DNA of 64,000 nt from the NCBI GenBank assembly GCA_002292285.1, contig DBBP01000008.1:497089-561088 (forward strand). Direction: 5' to 3'. The stretch comes from Proteobacteria bacterium UBA981. Its GTDB lineage: Bacteria > Pseudomonadota > Gammaproteobacteria > Ga0077536. The notes below the pieces were generated by a model, which worked only from the letters and a program-made list of their open reading frames with translations, did no database searches and was not told the origin of the DNA. This document shows, piece by piece, positions 54,583 to 63,207 of the stretch. The position numbers and the translations under genes were made by a program. Position 1 is the stretch's first letter, and the number at the start of each line of letters is the position of its first letter.

Positions 54583-55248
54583 TTAAGGTTCCGACCACAT
54601 CCGCATTAGAATGTTGTAGCTGTTGTTAAGCGCGGCGGCTTCAGTCGCCCCGCTTCGCCGCAAGCCGTCAATCGCTTCACTCAAATGAATCAACACGGCC
54701 CGCTGTTCAGCCGTCCGCACCAGACTTTCCACCCACGTGACCGCAGCCAGGCGAACGCCTCTGGTAACCGGCGTGACGCGATGAAGAAACTGCGGCGGAT
54801 AGCAAACCATAGAACCTGCCGGAAGCTTCACTGCTGTCTCTCCTCCGACCATCTTGATGACCAGTTCGCCACCATCGTAGCTGGCCGGGTCGCTCAGAAA
54901 AACCGTTAGTGCAACATCGGTACGCATCGCAGCTGGTGCGTACATGATCGCGGCGTCGACATGCTCGCCGTAGGCCATGTCTGCGTGATAGGCACTGATA
55001 AGCGGCGGTCGCACGCGCCGCGGCAACGTCGTCATGACAAACTGGCGATTGCGATGCAGCGCTTCAACGACGATCTTGCCGATCTGTCGGTTAGCGTCTG
55101 CCGCTGGGGACAATTGCAGATTGTTTTTTGCTTCGGCCGCCTGTCCACTGGCCGTTGCAGTGACTGACTCCCATTCAGCGTCGTCAGTAGCGGTGGAGAT
55201 GGCGTCCAGTTCGGAAGCTGAAAGCAAATTGTCGATGCGGGTCAACAT
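54583..55248 (-). CDS. PKHD-type Fe(II)/2-oxoglutarate hydroxylase (PiuC/YbiX family)
   Basis: Start at ATG 55248 (MLTRIDNLLSASELDAI...). SGQAAEAKNNLQL, YGEHVDAAI (HxD), DGGELVI and FLHRVTPVTRGVRLAAVTWVES are as in YbiX/PiuC. Confidence 0.8.
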   Translation of the reverse strand: MLTRIDNLLSASELDAISTATDDAEWESVTATASGQAAEAKNNLQLSPAADANRQIGKIVVEALHRNRQFVMTTLPRRVRPPLISAYHADMAYGEHVDAAIMYAPAAMRTDVALTVFLSDPASYDGGELVIKMVGGETAVKLPAGSMVCYPPQFLHRVTPVTRGVRLAAVTWVESLVRTAEQRAVLIHLSEAIDGLRRSGATEAAALNNSYNILMRMWSEP

Positions 55249-55300
55249 ATCTGCTGCGTTATCCAGTCCGTGGTGAATTGTTGCGAGTGAGGGACCGCTT

Positions 55301-55717
55301 TCATAGGCGTGCCTGCGCCTGATGAATTGCCTGATCACCGCGCGCTATGACAACCATATCGACTGCCATACCGATAGTCACTTCATCCACCGAACAACCG
55401 ATGACATTGGTGATGAACTCGGGCCCTTCCTCGAGTTCTACCACAGCAACGACATACGGCAAGCGTTGCTCAAAACAGGCGTGATAGGCCTTCTCGAAGA
55501 CCACGAACGTCGCCACGACACCGCGTCCCGAAGCCGCCGTCCAAATCAGCGAAGCGGCGCTTGCCTGACACGTGAGACAGGCCTGGCTGCGCGCGTACCA
55601 CGCGCCGCAGCTGCATCTCGCAAGTACGAATCGCCCAGCATCCAGGGCATCCCAGAACGGCTTATCCTCATTTGTGACAACCCGTGCCGGCGGTTTTATC
55701 TCGTGTTTCGTACTCAC
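55301..55717 (-). CDS. DUF35 Zn-ribbon/OB-fold protein
   Basis: 138 aa. FWDALDAGRFVLARCSCGAWYARSQACLTCQAS is followed by an OB-like C-terminus. It lies 10 nt downstream of the thiolase-like gene, the classic pairing. Confidence 0.75.
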   Translation of the reverse strand: MSTKHEIKPPARVVTNEDKPFWDALDAGRFVLARCSCGAWYARSQACLTCQASAASLIWTAASGRGVVATFVVFEKAYHACFEQRLPYVVAVVELEEGPEFITNVIGCSVDEVTIGMAVDMVVIARGDQAIHQAQARL

Positions 55718-55727
55718 TTTAGTCTCG

Positions 55728-56885
55728 TCACGCCGGCTCGGTCGCGAGAATCACGGCCGACTGGGCCTGCCCTGCTCCGGTGATGCCGACGTTGGTCACC
55801 AGTGCGGTCCGGGCATCAGGCACTTGAGTGGCGCCGCCCTCTCCGCGCAATTGCCGGACACCTTCTGCAACATGGGTAAAGCCTTGTACGTACCCCCACG
55901 AGTGCAGCGTGCCGGACGTATTGCAGGGACGCGCCGAATCCCAACAAAAATTGCCTGCGCGCAGCCAGTCGCCCGCCTCACCGGGGCCGCATAAACCCCA
56001 GGCTTCAAGCTGCAAGGCAACGATGATGGTGAATGCGTCGTAGAACTGGAACACGTCGATATCGTCGAGCGTCATACCGGCTTTAGCGAATACCCGGGAC
56101 CGCGCCGGCTCAACGTTGAAATCGGCGGCGCCCATTGATTTGTTCGCTTGCCCGGGGCCGCCCTGGCCGGCCTCGTGGCAGCTGCCAACACCGAGGATGT
56201 GGACAGCGGGTTTGCGCAGCCCCGCGGCTCGTTCTGCACTGGTGACAATAAATGCGATCGCACCATCACTGACCAGACAATAGTCGAGCAGATGCAATGG
56301 CCGAACAATGAAACGTGAATTCTGGTGGTCATCGACACTGATCGGTCGATTCGCCATCATCGCATCGGCGCGGGGTACCGCATTGCCTCTCAAGGCCACT
56401 GCAATCTCGGCTAAATCAGCCGAGCTCGTCGAATATTTGTGAAAATAGCGCTGCGCCATCAGGGCCGACTGAGCGCTGGGGGAAAACAAGCCGAATACCG
56501 CATGCTCATTAACCTCATCTGCGCCGATGGTGACGGTTTGCGAACGCGCGTTGGTCGCGTGTACGCACATCACATAATCCGCACTGCCGGATTCAATCAG
56601 TCCGATGGCGCTGGCGATGGCAAGAATGCCGGTCGCACCGCTGGAGTTAATGAGTAGTGTCGAGTTGACGCCGAGCGCCGCTCGACTGGCGGCCACGCCC
56701 GCCGCACCTTCACCAAAGCCAGGCTGGAAAATGTAGCCATTCACCTGATCGCGCGTGAGTCCGGCATCGATGAGCGCTAATTCGATGGCGTCCCACGCGA
56801 GCTGTTCAGCGCTGGTGTTGGGAATGGTGCCTTGGGGGGTTACGCCAAGACCGGCTATTGCGTAACGTGTCATTGAGCCATGCAC
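55728..56885 (-). CDS. Thiolase-like (SCP-x type) protein, partner of DUF35
   Basis: 385 aa. YAIAGLGVTPQG...SSGATGILAIASAIGLIESG...C-terminal GITGAGQAQSAVIL follows a thiolase-fold pattern. Confidence 0.8.
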   Translation of the reverse strand: MHGSMTRYAIAGLGVTPQGTIPNTSAEQLAWDAIELALIDAGLTRDQVNGYIFQPGFGEGAAGVAASRAALGVNSTLLINSSGATGILAIASAIGLIESGSADYVMCVHATNARSQTVTIGADEVNEHAVFGLFSPSAQSALMAQRYFHKYSTSSADLAEIAVALRGNAVPRADAMMANRPISVDDHQNSRFIVRPLHLLDYCLVSDGAIAFIVTSAERAAGLRKPAVHILGVGSCHEAGQGGPGQANKSMGAADFNVEPARSRVFAKAGMTLDDIDVFQFYDAFTIIVALQLEAWGLCGPGEAGDWLRAGNFCWDSARPCNTSGTLHSWGYVQGFTHVAEGVRQLRGEGGATQVPDARTALVTNVGITGAGQAQSAVILATEPA

Positions 56886-56980
56886 TCAGAGCGTTGTTTG
56901 CACAGCGACTTCCCGCAAGCGTTCCCGACGAGTGGGGTCACAATTGGCATCGACTCAGTGGCCATGCGCTGCTGACGCCG

Positions 56981-57862
56981 TCAGTGTGCGCTCTGCAAGT
57001 CGTTGATCGCACCGAGGTCATAGGTCGAGCTGAACGGTTCATGTTTCGGAATGCCGTAAGCGTGTTTGATTCTGTCCAGTTCGCCCTCTGCAATCATCGT
57101 GGCCAGCGCTTTGTCGATATCGGTGCGCAAACGCTTGTGCGGTTGCCGTGTGGCAACGTGCAAGTTCCAACGCACCGCTGCCGGCGGCTGATAGTCTTTC
57201 ACAAATCCACACTCAGCCAAGCTGGTGTTTCGCAGCATCGCGCCGGAACGTGCTGCAATGCGTAATTGCCAACCGCTGGTGGGGCCCCACAACAAGGCCG
57301 CCTCGGCCTCACCGGAGAGCAGGCCCTTGTACGCCGCGCCGAGCGAAAAGTAATTCTTCGAATCGGCCTTGACCATCGCCAACGCGAAGTGCGCGACGGT
57401 TTGCGACTGAATCGCTACTTTCCGACCACGCAGACTGCGAAAGCCGGCGGGGAAGTCGGCAGCGCAGGCGAGCAGCTCGAAGGCCGCGCCGTAGTACGGC
57501 TCGCCGAGGGCTAAAGCATTCTGGCCGGAGAGACTATCTCTGGCCGGCCCCGGAACGCTGAACACCGCGTCACACTCGTCTCGCGCCAGGCGCCCAAGTG
57601 GGTAATCGCTGTCGTCTATTTCGGTGATGCCTGGTTCATTGTCGATCCACACTGGAACCAACTCGCGCCCACTACTGCGTGCTACCGCTGCTGCCACATC
57701 GTGGTCGAAGCCTGATCTGGTCCCGAAATCAGAATAAGGCTCATTGTGCTTCAGCATGCACACCTTCATCGCAGGACCTTTATTGGCAGCGATGACCGGG
57801 CCACAGCCAGACCCGATCAGCACGCCGACCAACACGACGAGCAAGCATCTGTGCATGGTCAT
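56981..57862 (-). CDS. Periplasmic family-3 solute-binding protein, MoxJ/quinoprotein-dehydrogenase-associated type
   Basis: It has a signal peptide, and MKVCMLKHNEPYSD resembles the MoxJ-like 'VCad.n.PfS' start. It begins 3 nt after the PQQ dehydrogenase stop. Confidence 0.7.
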   Translation of the reverse strand: MTMHRCLLVVLVGVLIGSGCGPVIAANKGPAMKVCMLKHNEPYSDFGTRSGFDHDVAAAVARSSGRELVPVWIDNEPGITEIDDSDYPLGRLARDECDAVFSVPGPARDSLSGQNALALGEPYYGAAFELLACAADFPAGFRSLRGRKVAIQSQTVAHFALAMVKADSKNYFSLGAAYKGLLSGEAEAALLWGPTSGWQLRIAARSGAMLRNTSLAECGFVKDYQPPAAVRWNLHVATRQPHKRLRTDIDKALATMIAEGELDRIKHAYGIPKHEPFSSTYDLGAINDLQSAH

Positions 57863-57865
57863 TGC

Positions 57866-59560
57866 CTAGCGTGGCAAAGCGAACACAATCAATGCGCTGC
57901 CCAGCGTTGTAAGCTTGGGCTCACCGACAATAGCCGCGGCAATGCCGCCGCCGCCGCTTGGAATCGCGACATATTGACGATCATCGCTTTTCCAGGTGAT
58001 CGGTTGACCACGAATCGCCGAGCCGGTCTGGAACTTCCACAGAACTTCGCCGGTGGCGTCATCGAGTGCCAGAGCGTGACCGCTTTGGTTACCTGTAAAT
58101 ACCAATCCGCCGGCGGTCGTCATAGCGCCACCGAGCATCGGAAAGTCATCGCGGTACTTCCATTTAATAGCGCCGGTTTCCGGGTTCAGCGCGACCAGGC
58201 GACCGTAGGCGATTTCATTTGCGCCTTCGGTTTCTCCCGGGCCACCACCCCAGAATGGCGTGCCATTAACAAACACGGCAGTCTCCTTCACCATTTTGGC
58301 GCACGATTCGATGCTCGGCACGTACATCAACTTGCTGGCGGCACTCCATGAGTAGGTATAAGCCCCATTGTTACCGCCTACATTACCCGGACAGATGTAT
58401 TCCTTGTTGCCGTCGGCGACTGGCCGATAGGCAGCGTCGAGAATCGGCCGCCCTTTGGCATCCAGGCCAGTGGCCCAATTCAGTCGGTCGGTGTATTGGA
58501 AGCCTTTCAGAAATTCACCACTCTTCGCATCCAGCACGTACACAAACCCGTTCCGGTTCGCCTGCATCAATGCACGGACTGACTTTCCGGCGAGTTTAAT
58601 GTCTGCAACCACGAGGTTGTTCGTCGCATCGTAGTCCCACACGTCGTGCGGCGTGTACTGAAAGTGCCACTGCAGCGCGCCGGTATCGGGGTTGAGAGCG
58701 AGCACCGAGTTGCTGTAGAGGTTGTCGCCCTTACGCACGTCGCCATTCCAGTCTGGTGACGGATTCCCTGTCGGCCAGTACAGCAAACCGGTCTTGGGGT
58801 CGTAGGTACCCGTATTCCAGGTCGGGCCACCACCGGTTTTCCAGGAATCACCGGCCCAGGTTTCAACACCGGGTTCGCCCGCCACGGGGATAGTGTAGGT
58901 GCGCCATGCGCGCTTACCGTCGGCAATGTTGTAGGCATCGACGAATCCACGTGCGCCGTATTCGCCACCGGCGATGCCGCTGATCACTTTATCGCCGACG
59001 ACCAGTGGTGCCGCGCTAGCGCTATAGCCTTGTTTGTGATCGGCCATGGCGACATTCCACAGCACTTTGCCACTGGCACGATCGAACGCCAGCAGTCGTG
59101 CGTCGAGCGTTGCCATAAAAATACGCTCACCAACAATTGCCACGCCACGATTAATCGGGCCGCAGCAAATACGGATGTCAGCCGGCATGTCGTGCTCGTA
59201 ATGCCACAGTGCAGCGCCCGTACGCTCATCAATGGCCCAGAGGTTGTTATGCGGAGCGGTGAAATAGACCACGCCGTCGATCACCACGGGTGCGCCCGAC
59301 AGCTGTCCCGTCAGGCCAGTTTGAAATATCCATACTGGCGCCAGTCCGGCAACGTTGTCACGATTGATGTCCGTCAGCGGGCTATAGCGCCAGTTTTCGT
59401 AATTTCCGCCATACATGCTCCAACCACTGGTGTCCGTGGTGCCGGCCATCAGGCGTTCGTTGGACACTGGCGCAAAACCCGGCCCGGTCTCAGCGGCCAG
59501 CGCCGTGCTGATGAATAGAGAAAGCGCACACAGCGCCAGAAGTTTGATCGCGTTAATCAT
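57866..59560 (-). CDS. PQQ-dependent alcohol/methanol dehydrogenase (type I quinoprotein), lanthanide-type active-site signature
   Basis: The signal peptide is MINAIKLLALCALSLFISTALA. It has WSMYGGNYENWRYSPL, the vicinal Cys pair RICCGP, and the catalytic block TPHDVWDYDATNN with Asp at +2 after the catalytic Asp. Confidence 0.9.
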   Translation of the reverse strand: MINAIKLLALCALSLFISTALAAETGPGFAPVSNERLMAGTTDTSGWSMYGGNYENWRYSPLTDINRDNVAGLAPVWIFQTGLTGQLSGAPVVIDGVVYFTAPHNNLWAIDERTGAALWHYEHDMPADIRICCGPINRGVAIVGERIFMATLDARLLAFDRASGKVLWNVAMADHKQGYSASAAPLVVGDKVISGIAGGEYGARGFVDAYNIADGKRAWRTYTIPVAGEPGVETWAGDSWKTGGGPTWNTGTYDPKTGLLYWPTGNPSPDWNGDVRKGDNLYSNSVLALNPDTGALQWHFQYTPHDVWDYDATNNLVVADIKLAGKSVRALMQANRNGFVYVLDAKSGEFLKGFQYTDRLNWATGLDAKGRPILDAAYRPVADGNKEYICPGNVGGNNGAYTYSWSAASKLMYVPSIESCAKMVKETAVFVNGTPFWGGGPGETEGANEIAYGRLVALNPETGAIKWKYRDDFPMLGGAMTTAGGLVFTGNQSGHALALDDATGEVLWKFQTGSAIRGQPITWKSDDRQYVAIPSGGGGIAAAIVGEPKLTTLGSALIVFALPR

Positions 59561-59597
59561 CTTTTTTTGACCCTCAAGGCATGCTTAGTTGGCTTTA

Positions 59598-60407
59598 TCA
59601 TAACGGGCAATCCTGATCGAAATCCGGCTTGCGCTTCTCGCGGTGCGCAGCGACCCCTTCGACGGCCTCGGAGGTCGTGAAGCCAAGCATTTCCAACGCA
59701 GTTGAAGCGTCGAAACTCGGACCTGCCATACGATACCAATTGTTCAATGCGTACTTGGTCCACCGCGTCGCTGCCGGGGCGCTGTCGCGCAATCGTTCGG
59801 CGATTTTTAGCGCTCGGTCCTGCAGTTCGTCGTCCTCGACGCACAGCGAAACCATGCCCAGGCGCTCAGCTTCTTCGCCATCCATGGGTTCGCACAACAG
59901 TAAGTGATATTTGGCTTTCGCCATGCCGCACAGCAACGGCCAGTTGATCACAGCCGAATCACCAGCGGCAACGCCCAGACGCGTATGACCGTCGACAATG
60001 CGCGCCGACTTACCGGCTATCGAAATATCCGCGAGCAGCCCCGCGACCAGGCCGGCCCCTACTGCGGCGCCGTTAATCGCCGAGACGATGGGTTTGGAGC
60101 AGTTGATGATGTTGTAGACCAGATCTTTCGCTTCCTTCCACGTTCGCATCAGCGTTTTGGAGTCTTCAATCATCTCCTCAATCATGCCGAAATCGCCGCC
60201 TGCCGAGAACGCGCGACCTTTGCCGGTCAAGATGACCGCACTGACATTCTCATCGTCGTCAATGTCGCGCCAGATATAGGTGAGTTCGCGATGGCCGTCC
60301 TTGTCGAGCGAATTCAATGTTTCCGGTTTGTTAAAGCTGATGCGCAGAATGCGTTCCGCCGGGCTGTCGATATCCAGAGCGTGGTAATGGGCATAACGTT
60401 CAAGCAT
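59598..60407 (-). CDS. Enoyl-CoA hydratase/isomerase (crotonase) family protein
   Basis: Motifs are [12 protein letters not shown] and [14 protein letters not shown]. 269 aa. Confidence 0.85.
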   Translation of the reverse strand: MLERYAHYHALDIDSPAERILRISFNKPETLNSLDKDGHRELTYIWRDIDDDENVSAVILTGKGRAFSAGGDFGMIEEMIEDSKTLMRTWKEAKDLVYNIINCSKPIVSAINGAAVGAGLVAGLLADISIAGKSARIVDGHTRLGVAAGDSAVINWPLLCGMAKAKYHLLLCEPMDGEEAERLGMVSLCVEDDELQDRALKIAERLRDSAPAATRWTKYALNNWYRMAGPSFDASTALEMLGFTTSEAVEGVAAHREKRKPDFDQDCPL

Positions 60408-60566
60408 GGCTGTGAGTCCTTAATGCAGTGTTCCAATCGTGGTCTTGGCGTCGCCACATGATGCCATTCGTCAGCACAACGAGATAGATGCTGCGCCCTC
60501 TTTCAATGGCGCGGCGTTCGTTACATACTCAGGGCTCATCCATATTGTCGAAAAGGAGGTGATCCA

Positions 60567-60638
60567 ATGTCTAGTGAGATAACTACGGTATCGAAACAAC
60601 TTTTGGGTCGCGTACTCCTAATGAGGTCTGCTCGTTAG
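60567..60638 (+). CDS. Candidate 23-codon small ORF / leader peptide (MSSEITTVSKQLLGRVLLMRSAR)
   Basis: AAGGAGGTGATCCAA (60553-60567) precedes the ORF, with the GGAGG core 7 nt from the ATG. An intrinsic terminator lies 60 nt after the stop. Evidence for coding itself is weak because the ORF is short and has no homology signal. Confidence 0.35.
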   Translation: MSSEITTVSKQLLGRVLLMRSAR

Positions 60639-60698
60639 CCGGTACGGAATGTCCAAGCGATATCGATCCTGAGGTTGAAGATATTTCGATCTCACGGA

Positions 60699-60725
60699 GG
60701 GCCGCCACTGGCGGCCCTTTTTTTT
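60699..60725 (+). terminator. Rho-independent terminator
   Basis: GGGCCGCC-act-GGCGGCCC is followed by an 8-T run, so it is oriented for the plus strand. Confidence 0.75.
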
Positions 60726-60834
60726 GCCCCGGATCTACGGACCGTGAGCGGCAATGAGAGAAATTCATGCAAGCCTGTATTGCGACGCGTAGCGCCGATA
60801 GGGACAATGCCCGGACACACGGAGACTGATTGAA

Positions 60835-61629
60835 ATGCCTGATTTACTTGTAGACATCAGCGACGGCATCGCCACGCTGACTTTAAACCGTCCAGAAGCG
60901 CGTAACGCGCTCAGCCTTGAGATGCGCTCGATGCTGCGCGAAAGTTTCCACGAAATCGAACTCAACGACGCCGTTCGTGTGGTCGTGATACGTGGTGCTG
61001 GTGAGCATTTCATGGCCGGTGGCGACATTAAATCGATGTCCACCATCATCGATAAACCCGGCGATGAAATTCGCAATCAATTCATTACGCGAATCCACGA
61101 TTTGCATCCGATCATGTATTCCATGCGCCGCATGGCCAAGCCCATCATCGCCAGCGTCGCAGGTGCAGCAGCAGGCGCGGGCGTCAGCTTTGCGCTCGCA
61201 AGTGACATTGTTATCGCTGACGAGGAAGCTTTTTTTACCCTCGCTTACTGCCATATTGGCACCAGCCCGGACGGTTCTGCGTCGTTCCATTTACCACGCG
61301 CCGTGGGAATCAAAAAAGCGATGGAGATTGCCCTACTCGGCGACCGCTACGACGCCGCTGCGGCAAAAGACATGGGCTTGATTAATTTTGTTGCCCCAGC
61401 AGGCACGCTGGCGGAAGCGACCGATAAACTTGCGCGCCGTATGGCAGCCGGCCCAACGCGGGCTTACGGGAACACCAAACGTCTGCTCTATCGGTCGATG
61501 GAAAACGAGTTTGAGTCACAGTTGCAGATGGAAGCCGAAATGTTCTCCGACTGTGCTTCAGGTCCAGACTTTAAGGAGGGCATCACCGCATTCATTGAGA
61601 AACGCAAAGCGAAGTTTTCCGGCCGATGA
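60835..61629 (+). CDS. Enoyl-CoA hydratase/isomerase (crotonase) family protein
   Basis: Motifs are LTLNRPEARNAL and IRGAGEHFMAGGDI. 264 aa. Confidence 0.85.
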   Translation: MPDLLVDISDGIATLTLNRPEARNALSLEMRSMLRESFHEIELNDAVRVVVIRGAGEHFMAGGDIKSMSTIIDKPGDEIRNQFITRIHDLHPIMYSMRRMAKPIIASVAGAAAGAGVSFALASDIVIADEEAFFTLAYCHIGTSPDGSASFHLPRAVGIKKAMEIALLGDRYDAAAAKDMGLINFVAPAGTLAEATDKLARRMAAGPTRAYGNTKRLLYRSMENEFESQLQMEAEMFSDCASGPDFKEGITAFIEKRKAKFSGR

Positions 61630-61829
61630 AATCTTAGATGAGGGTGGCGGGTCGGCGCGCCGCGCGTCGGCCTGCGCACCAGCGTAACAACAGTACGCAA
61701 AAGTGACCTCTGGGGTAAGGCAACGGCGTGCGGGACCCGCAGCGCGCAGTAGTTTGCGAAGCCCCCGTGTTACCTAGCGTAATCCGGCACGCGCATGGTC
61801 ATGACCGAACTCCTCAACACTGTAGGCAA

Positions 61830-63203
61830 TCAGCCTGCCGCAGCATTTGCCGCGCGCGCTTCAGCCGGCCCAAACTGCGCTTCCATCGCGCGTCGAACTT
61901 TAACGCTCTCCATGCCGGCATCGATATCGACGTCATCCCAGCTAAGCGTCGCGCCTTTCGCAAGCGCGCGCTTGAGCTTGCAACCGTGCGCAAGACCGAG
62001 CGGCAAAGCCGCTGCGTCCAGCGATACCGACGCCGGCACGAGTTTGCCCCACACCGTGAAGCCGCCCTCGCCGTCGAGCATTTCACCCGCCTTGAGATCA
62101 CGTTTGGCCGTCGCCACAACGTCACCGCGCCAAGCATACGGTTGACCGGTCGGCTCTGTGCGCAACGCCGCACTGGCAACCGAGATGCCGAGTTCCAGAC
62201 CAATCAAATGAAATGGTTTATACATCGATGAATAGCGACCGCTGTCATCGGTTACCAGACCGTACTCGGCGAAGCATCGCTGGACGTATTCGTCGCCGGC
62301 GACGAATACGGTATACACACCCCAGCGCAAGTCACGGGTAATGTCGCCGCCATCGCGTTCAAGGCTCGAAATGACCTCGACCCGGCCGCCATCTTCGAGC
62401 ACACCGCCAGCAGAGCGTGGGCGCAGGATACTCGGCAGGTCATCGACATCGCACGGCGGGAACAACAATCCATCGGACGGTGGTAACAGACCGGTTGCGT
62501 TAGTCACGGCGCTCATCTCAATAGCGGATTTGGTGCCGTCCAAAAATGAGTTGAACATCTGAGGGTTCATTCCCCCGGTAACGGCCTGTTCCGGAGTCAG
62601 CCCGTAATGGCCCCATACGGTGTCTGGGGTTGAGTCATGGTAGATGGGTAAGTACTTCGTGCCCTTGCCGGCGGCAACCACCTCCAGCCCGCTGGCGCGC
62701 GCCCAATCGACCATTTCGCAGATCAAGGCGGGCTGGTCGCCGTAGGCCAATGAATAAACGACACCCGCCGCGCGCGCTTGTGCAGCCAGATAAGGGCCGA
62801 CCAACGCATCAGCTTCTACGTTCACCATCACAATATGACGACCGTTCTCAATGGCGAGCAGCGCATGGCGAATCCCGGCCGCCGGGTTCCCGGTCGCGTC
62901 AATGACGACGTCGACACCATCGCTGGCGACTAATGCGGCAGCGTCATCGGTGATGAACGTAGTGCCGGTTCGCCGCGCCGCATCGATATCCGCGGCCGCG
63001 TACTGCTCGGGTGGCCAGCCGATGCGGCTTAGCGATTCGCGGGCTCGCGCCGGCGACAAATCGGCAATGCCGACAATGTGCATTCCTGGTGTGCGACGCG
63101 CCTGGGCGAGAAACATCGCTCCGAACTTGCCGGCCCCAATGAGCGCGACCCCGACTGGCCGGTTCTCTTCGGCGCGTTGTTTGAGCAAGTGATAAAGATT
63201 CAT
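61830..63203 (-). CDS. NAD(P)-binding oxidoreductase with C-terminal SAF domain (COG4091-like, homoserine-dehydrogenase-like fold)
   Basis: Start at ATG 63203 (MNLYHLLKQRAEENRPVGVALIGAGKFGAMF, a Rossmann GxGxxG). The C-terminal DVVATAKRDLKAGEMLDGEGGFTVWGKL is SAF-like. Confidence 0.7.
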   Translation of the reverse strand: MNLYHLLKQRAEENRPVGVALIGAGKFGAMFLAQARRTPGMHIVGIADLSPARARESLSRIGWPPEQYAAADIDAARRTGTTFITDDAAALVASDGVDVVIDATGNPAAGIRHALLAIENGRHIVMVNVEADALVGPYLAAQARAAGVVYSLAYGDQPALICEMVDWARASGLEVVAAGKGTKYLPIYHDSTPDTVWGHYGLTPEQAVTGGMNPQMFNSFLDGTKSAIEMSAVTNATGLLPPSDGLLFPPCDVDDLPSILRPRSAGGVLEDGGRVEVISSLERDGGDITRDLRWGVYTVFVAGDEYVQRCFAEYGLVTDDSGRYSSMYKPFHLIGLELGISVASAALRTEPTGQPYAWRGDVVATAKRDLKAGEMLDGEGGFTVWGKLVPASVSLDAAALPLGLAHGCKLKRALAKGATLSWDDVDIDAGMESVKVRRAMEAQFGPAEARAANAAAG

Positions 63204-63207
63204 GGGC

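Noticed and set aside
60540-60600. Fragment of a 16S rRNA gene on the minus strand
   Set aside because: Only the terminal 15-mer (TTGGATCACCTCCTT) and a nearby ACCGTAG heptamer match. The sequence between and beyond them does not resemble helix 45 or the rest of 16S, and no rRNA operon features are present.
60567-60638. Small ORF as a PqqA precursor, given the PQQ dehydrogenase nearby
   Set aside because: The peptide MSSEITTVSKQLLGRVLLMRSAR lacks the conserved Glu-x-x-x-Tyr of PqqA, and no pqqB-E genes follow.
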